DNA of 63,464 nucleotides, counting the filler, from Reticulomyxa filosa (lineage: Eukaryota > Protista > Foraminifera): the NCBI GenBank assembly GCA_000512085.1. It is 19 parts of 19 records of this genome, joined end to end, with 100 filler letters (N's around TTAATTAATTAA, not from the genome) between each part and the next. Parts side by side here need not be neighbours in the genome. Positions count along the whole stretch, not along the records: positions 1 to 7,131 come from ASPP01011180.1; positions 7,232 to 18,052 come from ASPP01007126.1; 17 more parts are not named here. One strand, written 5' to 3'. Below, piece after piece: positions 1 through 12,772 of the stretch. Position 1 is the first letter of the stretch. The number at the start of each line of letters is the position of its first letter. A program made the position numbers and the translations under genes. The notes below the pieces were generated by a model. The model did no database searches. It worked only from the letters and a program-made list of their open reading frames with translations, and was not told the origin of the DNA.

Positions 1-2
1 TT

Positions 3-37
<35 letters not shown>

Positions 38-91
38 TTAAAAAGGGGGGAGGGAGCTTTTGACATTCACGCGCACACACGCACAACTAAC

Positions 92-691
92 TCACTGGCC
101 AAACTTAGCTTGGAGATTTGGGGGGTCAGAGGTCACTATTTGTTTGATTTTTTCTTGGGTGTTTGCCATCCTCGAACTCAATGCCACCAAAAACTCTTGG
201 CTCAATTGTCCTTTCCATTCGTTCAATAACTCTGTCACATCTGCCACTCCTTCTACAAAGGCGCCTTGGATTCGAGACAACACCGTTTTCAAGTTATCGT
301 ATTGTTGCTTCATTTGCTCCTTGCTCATGTTGTCTTCCACTTCTTTTCGTGATAATGAAAAATCTGTTTTTGTGTTTCGTGTTGGGTTTTGTCTGAGGCA
401 CAATCCCAACGAAGACTAGATACAACTGCATGTCACACACCCATTTTCTTTTCGTTGGGGTAATGTATTGTTATCAAATGAGGACTTCTTCAACGGCTCT
501 TTTTGAGTATTTTTTTTTTTTACAAAATTGATCTCAACACATGACAAAAGATTGAGATAAATATCAATGTTACCGGGGAAGAAAGAAAAAAAAATTGAAG
601 GTCTTCTTCCAAGTTTTTCGGTGTATTTAATATTGGAGGTCGTTTTTGTTTGGGAAAGAGTGTTCTTGCATTGTTTGAAAGAATTCGACAT
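92..691 (-). CDS. Hypothetical protein, 5' part (coiled-coil-like), runs off contig
   Basis: ORFs 416..691 and 92..409 read as spliced exons (MSKEQMKQQYDNLKTVLSRIQGAF...). No family recognised. Confidence 0.4.
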
Positions 692-1010
692 AATTGTTTA
701 AATAAATAAATAAAAACGAAAATCTCTGGTTAGGGTGTCTTTAAAAAAAAGACGTGCAAGACATTAATTTGCAACCACGCGCATATGTATATCAAAAAAT
801 GCCATAAATGTGTGTATAGTTAGAGTTTATAAAATACTTCAAACGTGCGCTATTATAATTTTAAAAGTGGAATAAATTTGATTGTATTGTTTTTTTTTGA
901 CAAGATTGCAATAGCCAAAGAATGGAACAAAACGACACAAAGAGGCTTTATTGATTTTTGTTTAACATTTCCAAAAAAAAAAAAAAAAAGTTGTATTGTA
1001 TAAGTCCAAC

Positions 1011-4000
1011 CTAATGTAGCCTGTTCATTTCTTCGACAACATTAGTTAAAACATTGACATCAATAGAAATATCTTTTGCTATCTTTGATTGTTGTTCGAG
1101 GGTTAAATCAAGGAACTTTTGAACAACATCGCCATCAATAAAGCCGACAGCAGGAAAGCTTTTGGTTTGTGTTTTGAACTTTCTCCAGTCAGTGCGCCTA
1201 AGAGTGTATTATTATTATTGTTATTATTATTATTATTATTTGTATGTGATTCAATGTAAATTAAACAAAAAAAGTGAATACAAGTTTTTCCAAATCAAAC
1301 TTGAAATCTCCAATGCTATCCGACTTATCATTGATGAACTTTTCAAGCTTTTCTAACAGCTTGAACCTTTCTTGGGGGATGGATAGCAGAACGCCGATGC
1401 TTCCATCGATCGTGCCGAACAAATATCGTTTCAAATCGGAGCACTTTAAAGACGTGACGACGACATCAGTCTCTTTTCGTTCTTGATCGTTCATGGACAC
1501 ATCTCCATCGCCGTCGTCGTCGTTTCCCTTTTGTTCTTTTCCACTGCTTTGCTTTTTGTGCGTATCGACAAAGGAGTGGTGATGATGATCGGAGTTGGCT
1601 TCTTTGGTCTCCTCGAGCGTGTCCATGACGAGAGACCCTTTCAACAGCATGTTGATTCGCGAGCCGACATGGAACCTGGAAATGACTTGGAGTGTGGTCC
1701 GGACGTCCTCGTCGGCGCTGTTTGTATTGCGCATCAAACCGAACAGGTTGTATTGGTCGTCTGCAGCCATAGTGAACTGGTCGTCATAGGCGGCGACGCA
1801 CATCAGCCACGAGGGGTTTTTATCCATCGCGATCTCTTGGAAGGACTTGTCGCTTGGCGAAAACAGGAACATTTGAACCGATTGCATCAGATCCGCCACT
1901 ACAAAAAAGTCCCCGTACGTTTTGATGTCCACCACACGCACTTTACCGACAATCGTTTGCAAGTGCTTCAATGTGAATGAGTGTGCACGTCTGCTTGTGG
2001 AGTTGTTCAGTATCCATTCAAAGATGTGTACTTTGCTTTTTTTTTTTTAAAAAAAAAAGGGGAGGGGGAATCAATCACAAACAAACTTATTATTATTATT
2101 ATTATTATTGTTAATCTCAACGAAAGAAAGAGACACACAATAAACTCACTTCTTCAGTCCTAAAAGCAAATAATTATCACCCAAAGGTGCAATGACGTCT
2201 GGTGATGCTCGTGCAAAATTTTGATGAAACACCAACTTCAATTTAATTTCTGTGCCGTCAGGGCCTTGCTTCCGACTAACGCGCGTGCTGATTTCGCTGT
2301 TGTCAATATCAGCATCAATGTCGGCGTCGGCGTCAATGTCGATATCAACGCCAATGTCATTGCCTCCTTTGGTCGTCGCTGACGACATCACATTGCCGCT
2401 GTTGTTTCTGTTGGAGGCAGTGACCATGTAAATCTTCAACATCCCTCGCTTCACGTCCTCCTCCTCTGGAGGCGCCTCGGCAAAACCGACAATAAAGTAC
2501 GTGACTTGGGGTCGGACTTGAACGAGTGAGCCAGAATGCGACTGATGCCCAGTTCGGATTCAGCGTCTCGTGCAGCACCGACTCGAAGGTTTGGTCGTTG
2601 ATCAGATGCAAGCTGGTCGTGTATTGATTGCAATTGGGATAAAACAGGCTCTTTTCCGAATTGCTCTCTTGTTGCTGTTGCTCGGGGAAATTTATCGGAT
2701 ATTCTGTCATCGCTATCGTCGACAATAGGTATAATCGGTGTTGCGCATTGTATGCAATACGACGGGGTTGTCCATCTGAATGTATAAGATTATTTATTGC
2801 AAAAAAAAGAGAATGTAGTTTAACACCACTTTTTCGTTTGATCTTTTTCTCAATGTTTGATGCAACGATTGCAAAAAAAAAATAACATGTACACATATAT
2901 ATATGTATATATATACATATGTATATGTATATATGCTAAAAGTTGTCGTTGCAATGAAACTTAAGGGCACTTTTCGAGTATGGATTTTTTGGACTTGGTC
3001 CATTGAACCGATCATGAGCTGCTGATCCACGGCCATAGCCAGACTGTCGGGGTACTCTTCGGCGTTAAAGCTGCACAGATAATTCATGTCGTTCAGGTTG
3101 ATGTTGCAATAGTGCATCCGGTCCTTGGCGAGGTACACAATCGAGGGACGGTCGCATCCCGCGTACATGTAGAATCTCCCTCCATTTAAAAACGCGTCAG
3201 TCTTATCGGGTGGCTTCCCAACAACAGACGCTTCTCCGCCACCAATTCTGCCGACGGACCCTTATGGCCTGATGGCTTGCTTATATTCAAATGCGTCTCC
3301 ATCAGTGATCCGTCACCCATGCCTACGAACAAATGACCTTATTTACATAAAAGGGCACACACACACAAACATAAACAAACACATATACATATACATATGT
3401 ACATATACATATATACATATACATATATACATATACATATATGCATATACATATATGCATATATTATGATCTCCACGTCATTACAAAAAACTTGTGTCGT
3501 AAAAGTAAAAGTATGGATATGTGGCAATACACACAATACCCAAGGTACAGGTGTGAATTTGCCCATGCTGGGACAGTGGAAATTGGTAATGAAGACGCTC
3601 CTTGGAACGGTTTGCGTTTGCAAGTGTAGTGTGTAAAACACTTGGAACTCGGGCAAAGTCATCAATTCGATGGCTTGTTCCTTCCACAATCCAACCGCCG
3701 CGAAGAACGACCTGTCCTCGAATGACGCCACTGGCGACAAACTCACGCACGATATGTCATTTTCTAACGTCGTGCTGTTGATCAGTTTCAATTCGGAGCC
3801 TGTCTTGTTTATCTCTAACAATGACAACGTGCCACCGGACAATGCACACAAAAACCTATATATATATGTATATAATATAAGTTATAATATTGCATATGTT
3901 TATATTTGAATGTGCACAAACATGCACTGCTATTATATCTATATAAATATATAGATATATGTATATATAAAGACTTGAATGCGATTGGACACAGCAGAAT

Positions 4001-6441
4001 TGATTTGTTTTTGTTTTGTGCTCTCAAGTGTCCAAGTGTGTGCCAAGCAAAAGGGCTCTTGAATGTGAATCAAGCGGACGTCTTCGGAGGTGACTTGAAC
4101 GAACATGTCATGATTCATGTTATCGAGATGGACGGTTTTGCCCTCCCGTCGCAGCCCTTGCATAACGATTTCTTCCAGGCCTTCACCAGCGACGGTCAAC
4201 ACCCTCGTTTCGCTTACAAAGGACTGGATCAAGTACAAGTGATAGGTCGATTCAGAGTCGGCCGTCAAGCTCCATAAGCCTTCAATGCCTGGCATGTCAA
4301 TGAACGCTGTCTGCTCAATGCCAATGCCATTCTTCACAATTCGCAATGACCCGTCTTTGCTCACACCACTGCAGCAAACCAGTTGGCATTGGCCTTGTCT
4401 TTCCAAGTCCACCGCACACATATCTACTATGGGTCCTTTATTTGCATACAAACACAAACACAAATACAAATATATATATATATTTGTAATATGTAAATGT
4501 GTATTGTGCCTACCAATATTTTCATATTCTTCCAATATTTCAATAACTCCATCTTTTTCCACGACATTACGTGTTTGTCTGTTGCTTCTGTCAATATTCA
4601 TACTTTTGTTTGGGTTATCATTTTCCATTTCCTCGTTTTGGTCTTGCTCTTCTTCTGCGTTTGAGGCGTCCTTTTCGTCCGCAGATTTCCAAAATTTGTC
4701 GGGGTGGATCATGACCAGTTGGTGATCGCCGGCGACACTGCCGACAAAACATTTGCCATCGCCCAAGTAGCACACGCAATAAGGACTGACCACTCGGCCC
4801 AACGGCTCGCACGTTATTGAAACAAATTCATGTCTTGCGTTGGTTTCCAACGTTAACACATTCAAAGTTCGATTGACGGCGTCCCCCTTTTTTTTTTTTT
4901 TTTTTTTGTTTCATATCAATTTATTTGCGTGGTTGCCACTTAAAAAAAAAAAGTGTATTAACCAAGCAAAAAAGTGGTGCCTGGCACAAGTTGTACGGTA
5001 TCATTGGATTCATTGGCTTGACTCGTCGTCGTTCGATAGGGCAAAGGAGAAGTGCAAGCAGAGAAGGAAGAGTACATGCCATTGGGCACTTGAATCTGTT
5101 TGCAGTCATCACCACTACGATAGCTGACCGAATACCAGCCAAGTGCCAGCACTCCTCCCACCGGCTTAGGGATTGGGATCAATGTGTGACATCCCTCTTC
5201 AATTGGAAGTGTATCCCAGGGCCCACAGAGCAGTTCGTACGTGTCTGTGCTCAGACGATATGTCTTCAATTGCATCCGGTTGTTGGCGCCTTCAAACAAC
5301 ACGCCGATCACCAATGCCGCATTCTCACTTGTGTCATCACCGATCAAAGACAAGTCCTCCTGTGTCTTTTTAGAACGACGTTTTTTCGTTGCTTTTTTGG
5401 ATGTCTTGGTTTCTATCGTATACACATATATGTATATAATGTATATATACATATATATATATTATATATTTATATATATGTATATGCATATAATGTGCCT
5501 TTGTACCAGCTTTTCTTGCATCAACATTAACAGGCTCAATCGAGGGAACACTTTGGGTAGTGTTGCCATCCAAAAAGCACAGCGACAGAAGATGCGGGTC
5601 ATTGATGGGCACGGTTTCGTGTGCCTCCTCTACCAAGCCTCCATCCGCATTCAACTCAAGTACTATCAGTGACAATTCGTATATGTGACACAGGATGAAA
5701 CGGCTCGTTGGGTCAATGCATACTCGTTGTCCTGCCTCACTCTTTATTCCATCGGCTCGCTATGCGCATTTTGTGTGTCAAACAAATACACACACAAATA
5801 ATATATACATATATATATATATAATATTGTTGACAACGAGAGCTCTCAAACAAAAGGTTTGTCTTGCATCTCAGAGTTGAAGTGTCACTGAACTTCTAAA
5901 TTTCCCGCATTTTTTGTGGTGAATTGTTTGGAAGATGTGTCAAAATAAATTATTGCAAATTGAAATGATTCGGTCAACACAAAGAGGTAATCTTGGTTTT
6001 TTTTGCTTGGACGAAAAGCCAATGCGTCAGTTATTCTTTATTTATTTATTCATTTTTTGTTCATTTTTTTTTTTTTTTTTTCTTTCGTCATTTGAAAGTG
6101 CAAAAAAAAAAAAAAAGAGGCTAAGACACTCAATCAAACAATACCTTGCGTTCAACGGAAACTCGTACTCACGACTTAGGCTTTCGTCATTTATTGAATG
6201 TATCTCTATCCAATTGACTTTGCTGTTTTGTCAAATGCATTTCATGTTTTTTTGTTGTTGTTATCGCTGTTGTTGTATTGAGTTATCGGTTGCCTTTTTT
6301 TTTTTTTCCAACCAACACAAAAAAAGTTTGCTAAAAAAAATACATTAAAAGTGTATGGACTTGATCCGGAGCAATAAAGTTACCACAGAAAGCATGAGTT
6401 ACTATTGTCGGGCGCTGTGCTGTTGCGACATAGTTATACAT
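1011..6441 (-). CDS. DDB1: DNA damage-binding protein 1 (CUL4 adaptor), multi-exon
   Basis: Start [22 protein letters not shown] (ATG 6441). Internal motifs [82 protein letters not shown]. End [12 protein letters not shown] (1011-1013). A few homopolymer frameshifts (~2500-2545, ~3190). Confidence 0.95.
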
Positions 6442-6711
6442 ATTATTTCGTATTACCTTTAAGATGAGAACACTCGAAAAAGTGAATTTTTCTGGCTTGT
6501 TTCCTTTTGCCCAGCGCAAGCTTCTCCGACACGAGCTAATTTCCACTTGTTACATGTGTTGGAGACCTCACTTTTTGTTTTTGTTTAAGAAAGTCTTTTT
6601 CCAAAACCTAAACTTACGCTTGTTACTTTTTTTTTTTTTTTGAAGCAAGTCCTGAACAAGGGCAAAACAGTGGGTTTCACTTTGGATCAGATACAGAACC
6701 CGAGCCCAAAA

Positions 6712-6894
6712 ATGTCACGAACCGCACGATTAAAGGGTCAATCTGAAAGCAAGAAGCGTACGACTGGCTTTTTCCTGAAATGTATTGTAGTGATCATTGG
6801 CTTATTTGGACTATTTGTTGTTTTTTCTGATACGTTTCTAGTCCAACAACAACAGATTAAGTTGTGTACATTATTCTACGCATTGGAGCAGTAG
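6712..6894 (+). CDS. Type II membrane protein, first exon only
   Basis: MSRTARLKGQSESKKRTTG followed by hydrophobic FFLKCIVVIIGLFGLFVVF. Divergent from DDB1 and truncated by the contig end. Confidence 0.4.
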   Translation: MSRTARLKGQSESKKRTTGFFLKCIVVIIGLFGLFVVFSDTFLVQQQQIKLCTLFYALEQ

Positions 6895-7094
6895 AGACAT
6901 TATTTTTTTTGTTTGTTTGGCATTTAAACAAGAACCACAAATAAAATTTGAACCAATTGAATTTGTGAATGAAAAAAGGGGGGGGGGGGAGAGAAGGAAG
7001 GAAAGCATAAACAAATAAACAAAAGGACCACTTTTCAACAATGACCATTATTTTTGATGTTGTTATGTGTTTTTTGTTTTGTTTAAGTAACTTT

Positions 7095-7131
<37 letters not shown>

Positions 7132-7231
7132 NNNNNNNNNNNNNNNNNNNNNNNNNNNNNNNNNNNNNNNNNNNNTTAATTAATTAANNNNNNNNNNNNN
7201 NNNNNNNNNNNNNNNNNNNNNNNNNNNNNNN
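7132..7231. other. Artificial contig-joining linker (first of 18)
   Basis: Identical N44-TTAATTAATTAA-N44 (stops in all six frames) at 7132, 18053, 22637, 25858, 28276, 29440, 30673, 32902, 41709, 46684, 47843, 49421, 50521, 52121, 55084, 58622, 59860 and 62254, each 100 bp. Confidence 0.98.
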
Positions 7232-7269
7232 TTTTGAAAATAGAGGATTGTTGCGATGACAAGGATGCA

Positions 7270-8721
7270 TTAGTTTTTTATGATGCTAAGACACTCAAGC
7301 ATTTGTGCGACATTATGAACTGTGATAAGGACGAGTTCTTCAATTTCTTGTTTGACATCCACATCTTCAATGACTAATTGTCCCTTGACACGAAACGCAG
7401 AAATTTGTTCCCTTTTTGTTTTATTTTGTTTTGTTTTGTTTTGTTTTTTCCTTCCTTCCCTCCCTCCGCTTGCCCTTACCTCTCATCTCCAAAAAAAAAA
7501 AAAAAAACAAACTTGATATGTGTGGTGACTTTATCATCATTGAATTGATAGAGCCGAAGGCAAAAGATCAAATACAACAAAGGCGTGTTGCAGAAAATGG
7601 TGAACAGGAACAGCCAATGAGTTTCGTGTGTTTCTCCCAAACAATACAGCAAGCTGCACACCTGCGCCTGTTCCGGATAGCTGTCATCCATGTCCTTGTC
7701 ATTCACGTACAGCGCGTGGTACTCTTTCGACAGGGTCGTCCTTGCTACAATCGCCTTTCGGCACGCCGTAAACAGTCGAACAGCAACGACGGCCTGTGGA
7801 TTATTATTTGTACGTCACATTCAGCACCCGAGAAGGCAGCAATGGAGGGATGGGGTGGCCATGACTGTTCCGGTTCGGGTCATCCGGTCCCATGTGGATT
7901 TCCTTCAGCCAATTGATAAAGTGTTCGATTATACGCAAAAGACGAACATTGTAATGCAATTTCCTTTATTGTCCATTATTTATTTATTTTTCATTTTTGT
8001 ATACGTATTTGTGTTTGATGTCTGTGAACAATGTGTATCATATAAATAAATGAATATATACATATACAAATATATACATATATACATATATATATATATG
8101 TAAATTTTTTTAAATAATTCCTAACCATCCCAGCTTGTATGCAATTGGCTTCGGACACGTTGTTAAAACTTGGATTAAATCCAACACTGCCAATTGATCA
8201 GCGAAATGCCACGTGCCATGACTTAACAATCTTGTCAACATACAGAATCGATGTTGCGATTCGATGTTTTCGGCGTTGCTCAAACTGTAAAACGATGCAA
8301 CAAAATGCAAATTATATTTTTGTAATAGCCAATAGGTGTAGTAGATGCTGCATTGATGACTTCCACTGTAATCGTAAATTGGACCCAAAAACAGTGTTTG
8401 CAAACGCTCGTTTCTTATTGAATCAAATGCCTTTATATACATTTGCTCTTGCTCCGTGGGAATATTATGCGTTATTGGCTTCCCATCTGCGTCCTCGTCC
8501 AAATATATCACCTCCACGCGTTTTTGTCCTTTTTTTTCTTTTTTATTCGATTTTGAGTGACTGAAAGGCGTCGAGTCTACCACAAACGGATTTTGTCGCT
8601 TCGATTCTTCATGTTGACTTATTATTGTCTTCACTGCTGCATCTTCGCAAGAATTAAATTCACGGCGAAAAGTTTCCAAATTCTCTTCCAAACGCAATTC
8701 CAGTTGTCCAAGAGACCACAT
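7270..8721 (-). CDS. Hypothetical multi-exon protein
   Basis: Long ORF from MWSLGQLELRLEENL. Further exons NVRLLRIIEHFINWLKE..., ...QAQVCSLLYCLGETHETHWLFLF..., ISAFRVKGQLVIED... One frameshift near 7810. 3' end approximate. Confidence 0.5.
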
Positions 8722-8919
8722 TGTGTATCTGCTTATTATTTTTTGTTTCCTTTTTTTTTTTTTGGTTCTGTTGACCGTAAAAAACAAAAGTCGTTTTTTT
8801 TCCTTTTCTTTCATAAAATTAACATTTGTTGCAAGCATTTAGTGATTTTTCATTTAAAAGTGACCAGTTTTTTTTAGGAAGGGAAATATTTCTGGTTGAT
8901 CCAAAAGTGATTACATTTG

Positions 8920-9768
8920 ATGGTCAGCAAATTGCCTGGATTAGAGAAATTGCCAAGGCGTATACAAAGGGAAATTGAACAATTGAAGAAAAATGCACGT
9001 ATGACTCTCTCATTTTGTTTAAAGTAAAAAAAAAATAGAGTATAGTGTATTGTTGTTGATAGCACCTGGTATTTCCATTAAACCAGACGAACAAAACTAC
9101 AGATACTTGCACGCAGAGATTGAAGGTCCAAAAGATTCGCCTTATGAAGGAGGCAAATTTCATTTAGAGATGTTTTTGGACGAAACATATCCAATGAAAG
9201 CACCAAAGTGCAGATTTATTACCAAAATTTATCAGTTTTGTGTGAACCAATGTATCTCAAAATAGAATGAAAGGGAAAATAACAATGATGATAATTGCAC
9301 AGCCCAAATATAGATAAAATTGGAAGGATTTGTGTGGATAGTTACTTGTTTTTATCTTGTAGCATATCCTTTTCTCACCCGCTCCCTCCTTGCATCAAAT
9401 AGACAAAAATGATATTGGTATCGTACTATAATGTTTTATTGTTTGATACATATGTAGTACTAAAAGACAAATGGACTCCATGGTTGGGAATAGTGCATGT
9501 GTGTATATCCATGCAAGTCTTAATGCAGGTTAAAAAAAAGAAATTTTTTTTGCAGTCAGCTTCTTTTTTAAAAAAAAATTGAATTTTGAAAGGATCCAAA
9601 CCCAAATGACGCTTTGGATAACCAAACTGGGGAACAGTGGAAAATTAATCTCGATCTAGCACATGCCACGGGTTAAATTCTTCCTTCTCTCCCTACTTCT
9701 CCTTATATCTCTTTTTTTGGTTATTTGTGTGCCTAGCTCGCGAGTATACCAAGAAGTTTGCCATATGA
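8920..9768 (+). CDS. UBC13: Ubiquitin-conjugating enzyme E2, UBC13/UBE2N-like (6 exons)
   Basis: Spliced: [105 protein letters not shown]...[39 protein letters not shown] motif and catalytic Cys are intact, introns are GT-AG. Confidence 0.85.
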
Positions 9769-10035
9769 AGACAGACCGAAATAAAAATAGCTTTTATTTT
9801 TGTTAGTTGTCATTTGCCGAGCTTTTTTTGCAGTATTGATAATCAACCCATCTTTTGGATTGCTGTTTGATATTTTAAATGGACCACTATTTGTGGACTA
9901 AGATTTTTAAAAAGCTTATTTTTTTTGCAAATGGTAGACAAGTGTCACTCAACAAAAAATTGAAAAACTAATTACTTTGAAATTATACATTTCGCTAACA
10001 TCGATACTGTCAAACTCACAACTTAAAATATTTCA

Positions 10036-11030
10036 TCAATTAAGCTTTTGTTTTCTCTCACAATTGTTTTCATTATCGCTTATTTTACTTTCTTCGTTGC
10101 TCGTTACATGTGAATGTGTGTTTTCATTTGAGCTATTCTTTCGCTGTCGCAAACATGCTGCACACTCGCAACTGTTTGTACAGGCTGGACATTTCCAACT
10201 AGTATCAACACACATTAACACAAAATAATATTTGCACAATTGAGTGTTTTAAGTTTTTTACGAAGAGTCGTCTAGAGCATTCTCAACTCTGTTACATTTT
10301 CATCAGTTTGTTGCTTGACAAACAACTCTTGGACAAGTTCTAACGGCAAATATTTGCTCATACATTGTGAACAAAATTTTTTCCTGCAATGCTTCAATAC
10401 ATAATTTCCAGGTTTTTTTCCAGGTCCCCATTTAACGTTTCTACAAAACAGTAGTCCGTCAGGTTCTTTGTTGTTTTTGCATTGATGACAGCTCGTTTTT
10501 GCCCGATGGTTAGAAGGTGTGTTTTGAGTCTTATTTGCCTTCGTGATTGCGCCAGTTTTTGATCTAAGTTGCTTTGGGACGTACTGCAACAAAAAATTAA
10601 AAATTGCTACTTTTGATTATCCAAGTGAAATACAAATATAATTAAACCATATATAAGAACTTGATCAATGCTGTTATTTTGGATGAGGTAGGTTGGCACT
10701 TGTGAAGCCATCACATTGACTGAAGAATTTAAATCAGTTTTATTCCTTTCACGAGCTGCAGCCACTTGTCCTGACTCTACTGGAAAATGTGTTGCAATAA
10801 AAGACTGCAATGGCCGATCTTTTATTGGCTCTTGTATAACCTATTTTAAATTCAATTCTGTTTAAGGTTACATATAACCACCTAAAAATAAATTATAACG
10901 TCATGTCGACAACAAACAATGCAATCTGCACAATTTTGTTGTCTCATTTCATTAATACAATATCCACAAAAGCGATGAAAGCAGCGAAAGACGTACATGT
11001 CTTGGTCCAATTGATGGCACAAAAAGCATC
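10036..11030 (-). CDS. RING-HC finger + zf-4CXXC_R1 zinc finger protein (3' exons)
   Basis: Exon ~10901-11030 encodes CFLC-x9-CFHRFCGYC-x10-CIVC (C3HC4). It splices in phase 0 to VIQEPIKDRPLQSFIA...IDQ, then to YVPKQL...TSCHQCK...C...CRKKFCSQC, then WKCPACTNSCECAACLR (zf-4CXXC_R1). Confidence 0.75.
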
Positions 11031-11297
11031 TAATAATTAAAACAGTCATTTATTTGAAAAAGTTGACAATTACTTCTTTTATATTTCGACAATTGTTCCT
11101 AACAAAATTTAAAAAAATTTTAGAAACCAGGGCACAAAAAAAGGTTCAAAAAAAGCTTCATCACTTAACACAAATGCTTTTTGTTGTGGTGCACAAAGAT
11201 TATGGGAGCATAGCAATGATGTAGCTATTACCTCTGTGCATACACATAATATGGTGCTTCCACAGACACACGAAGAAACCTCTCAATGAAATTTATA

Positions 11298-11990
11298 TTA
11301 AAAGACAACAAACGCCATTTTTAAGTGCTCACCTGTCCTAGTGCAAAGTTTGGCTAATATTTTTGAGTTAAACATCTCGATGTTACAAAGCCTGCGAAAT
11401 TGTTGTTCAAAAGCGCTTACTTGATCCAAATCACCCGCCATTTTTTTCATTTCGGTAATAAGTACTGTCAGCACTTTGAAAGTTTGAATTGTCAAATCTC
11501 GAAGCAAATGTACATCTCTAAGTAATTCGCAAAAGGAATAAAATTTGCTAAAGTATGTCATATCTTGATTTGATGCAACATTGCAATTCTCTTCAAGGGT
11601 AATATGCACTGACATTTGCGCAGCCTCAAAATGAGGATACACACTTCGAAGCGCATGTTGAAACAAAGTAAGTCGTTCTTTGTGGTTGTTCAGTAATTCA
11701 ATGTTTATTTTATTTTCCTCACGCTCTTGTTTCTCGCTTGTATCAATGGTATTTTTGTATTGATGTTCCATAAACGTTTGAAAATCAAACGTTTGAAAAC
11801 GTTGTGCACAAAAGCGCTCCTGTTCTTTGTAAATTTCATTAATTACTCTTAATTCTTTCTCTAGCGTGCTCCAAAAAAAATTGTTACCCTCCTTTTTTTT
11901 TTTCAGTCAATAATACACTTTGTATGAGTAAGTGGTCTTACTATTTTTGAGATTTATACTTAGTGTTGTCATTTTTTGTTTTCTTAAACA
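11298..11990 (-). CDS. Helical/coiled-coil exons, possibly the N-terminus of the RING-zf-4CXXC gene
   Basis: 157-aa ORF with upstream in-frame TLEKELRVINEIYKEQERF. Splicing to the RING exon not resolved by eye. Confidence 0.4.
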
Positions 11991-12772
11991 TGACAGTAAG
12001 AAAGCGAACAAGAATATTCAAAATAAAAAGTGACGTCAAGGTGTGACAAAGAAAAAAATGGTGAATAAATCATTAAAATAGCAGTTCAAGGTTAACTTTC
12101 TTAATATCAATTTGCCCAAGACAAAATTGCATTGAAGTGAGTTGCTGGATAACTTGATAACATTTTTGGATTTCTAACACGTGAAGATCCATAATTGGGC
12201 TTTTCAAATTTAGTTTTTATCGTTTATTATTTAGATTTGTGAATAAAAGTATTAAAGAAGATAATTGCTCAACTTTTGGGTCTGCATACGACTTTTTCCG
12301 ACCAATTTTGAAACAAAGAATTATAAAAAATTTGTGGGCTTGGATCTTCTCTCATATTGTATGGTTTTCATTTGATTCATAATCTTTTTTAAATAACTAT
12401 GAAAGATATTTAAAAGATGTTTTCAAGAAATAATGCGAACAAACTTAAGTCCAGTGAATTAAATAGAAAAAGGCAAATCAATGTTTTGTTACTGGAGGAT
12501 AGCCTTAATTTTTTATAAAGCACAATCGAAATTAAACTACTGCATTGTACTTTTTTTTTTGACACCATAAAATGTCACAACAATGTAGTTATACAATTAA
12601 GAATATGAGGTTTTTCAATATGATTGAAGTCAAATATAGTATGTCATTGACATAGCAAATAAATACGACAGGACAAGAAATGACAAAGTGATTCAATTTG
12701 TCTAAAGTAAGAAGGATATTTGCGATTGATTAAAAAAAAATTTGTCAGAATTCAGGGTTTTTTTTTTGTTTG

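Noticed and set aside
2490-3195. Frameshifts in DDB1 (also DCD ~56668, protease ~27710, ~21810) as programmed ribosomal frameshifting
   Set aside because: Nearly all are single-base losses or gains in homopolymer or simple-repeat runs with no shared slippery motif, typical of pyrosequencing-type errors.
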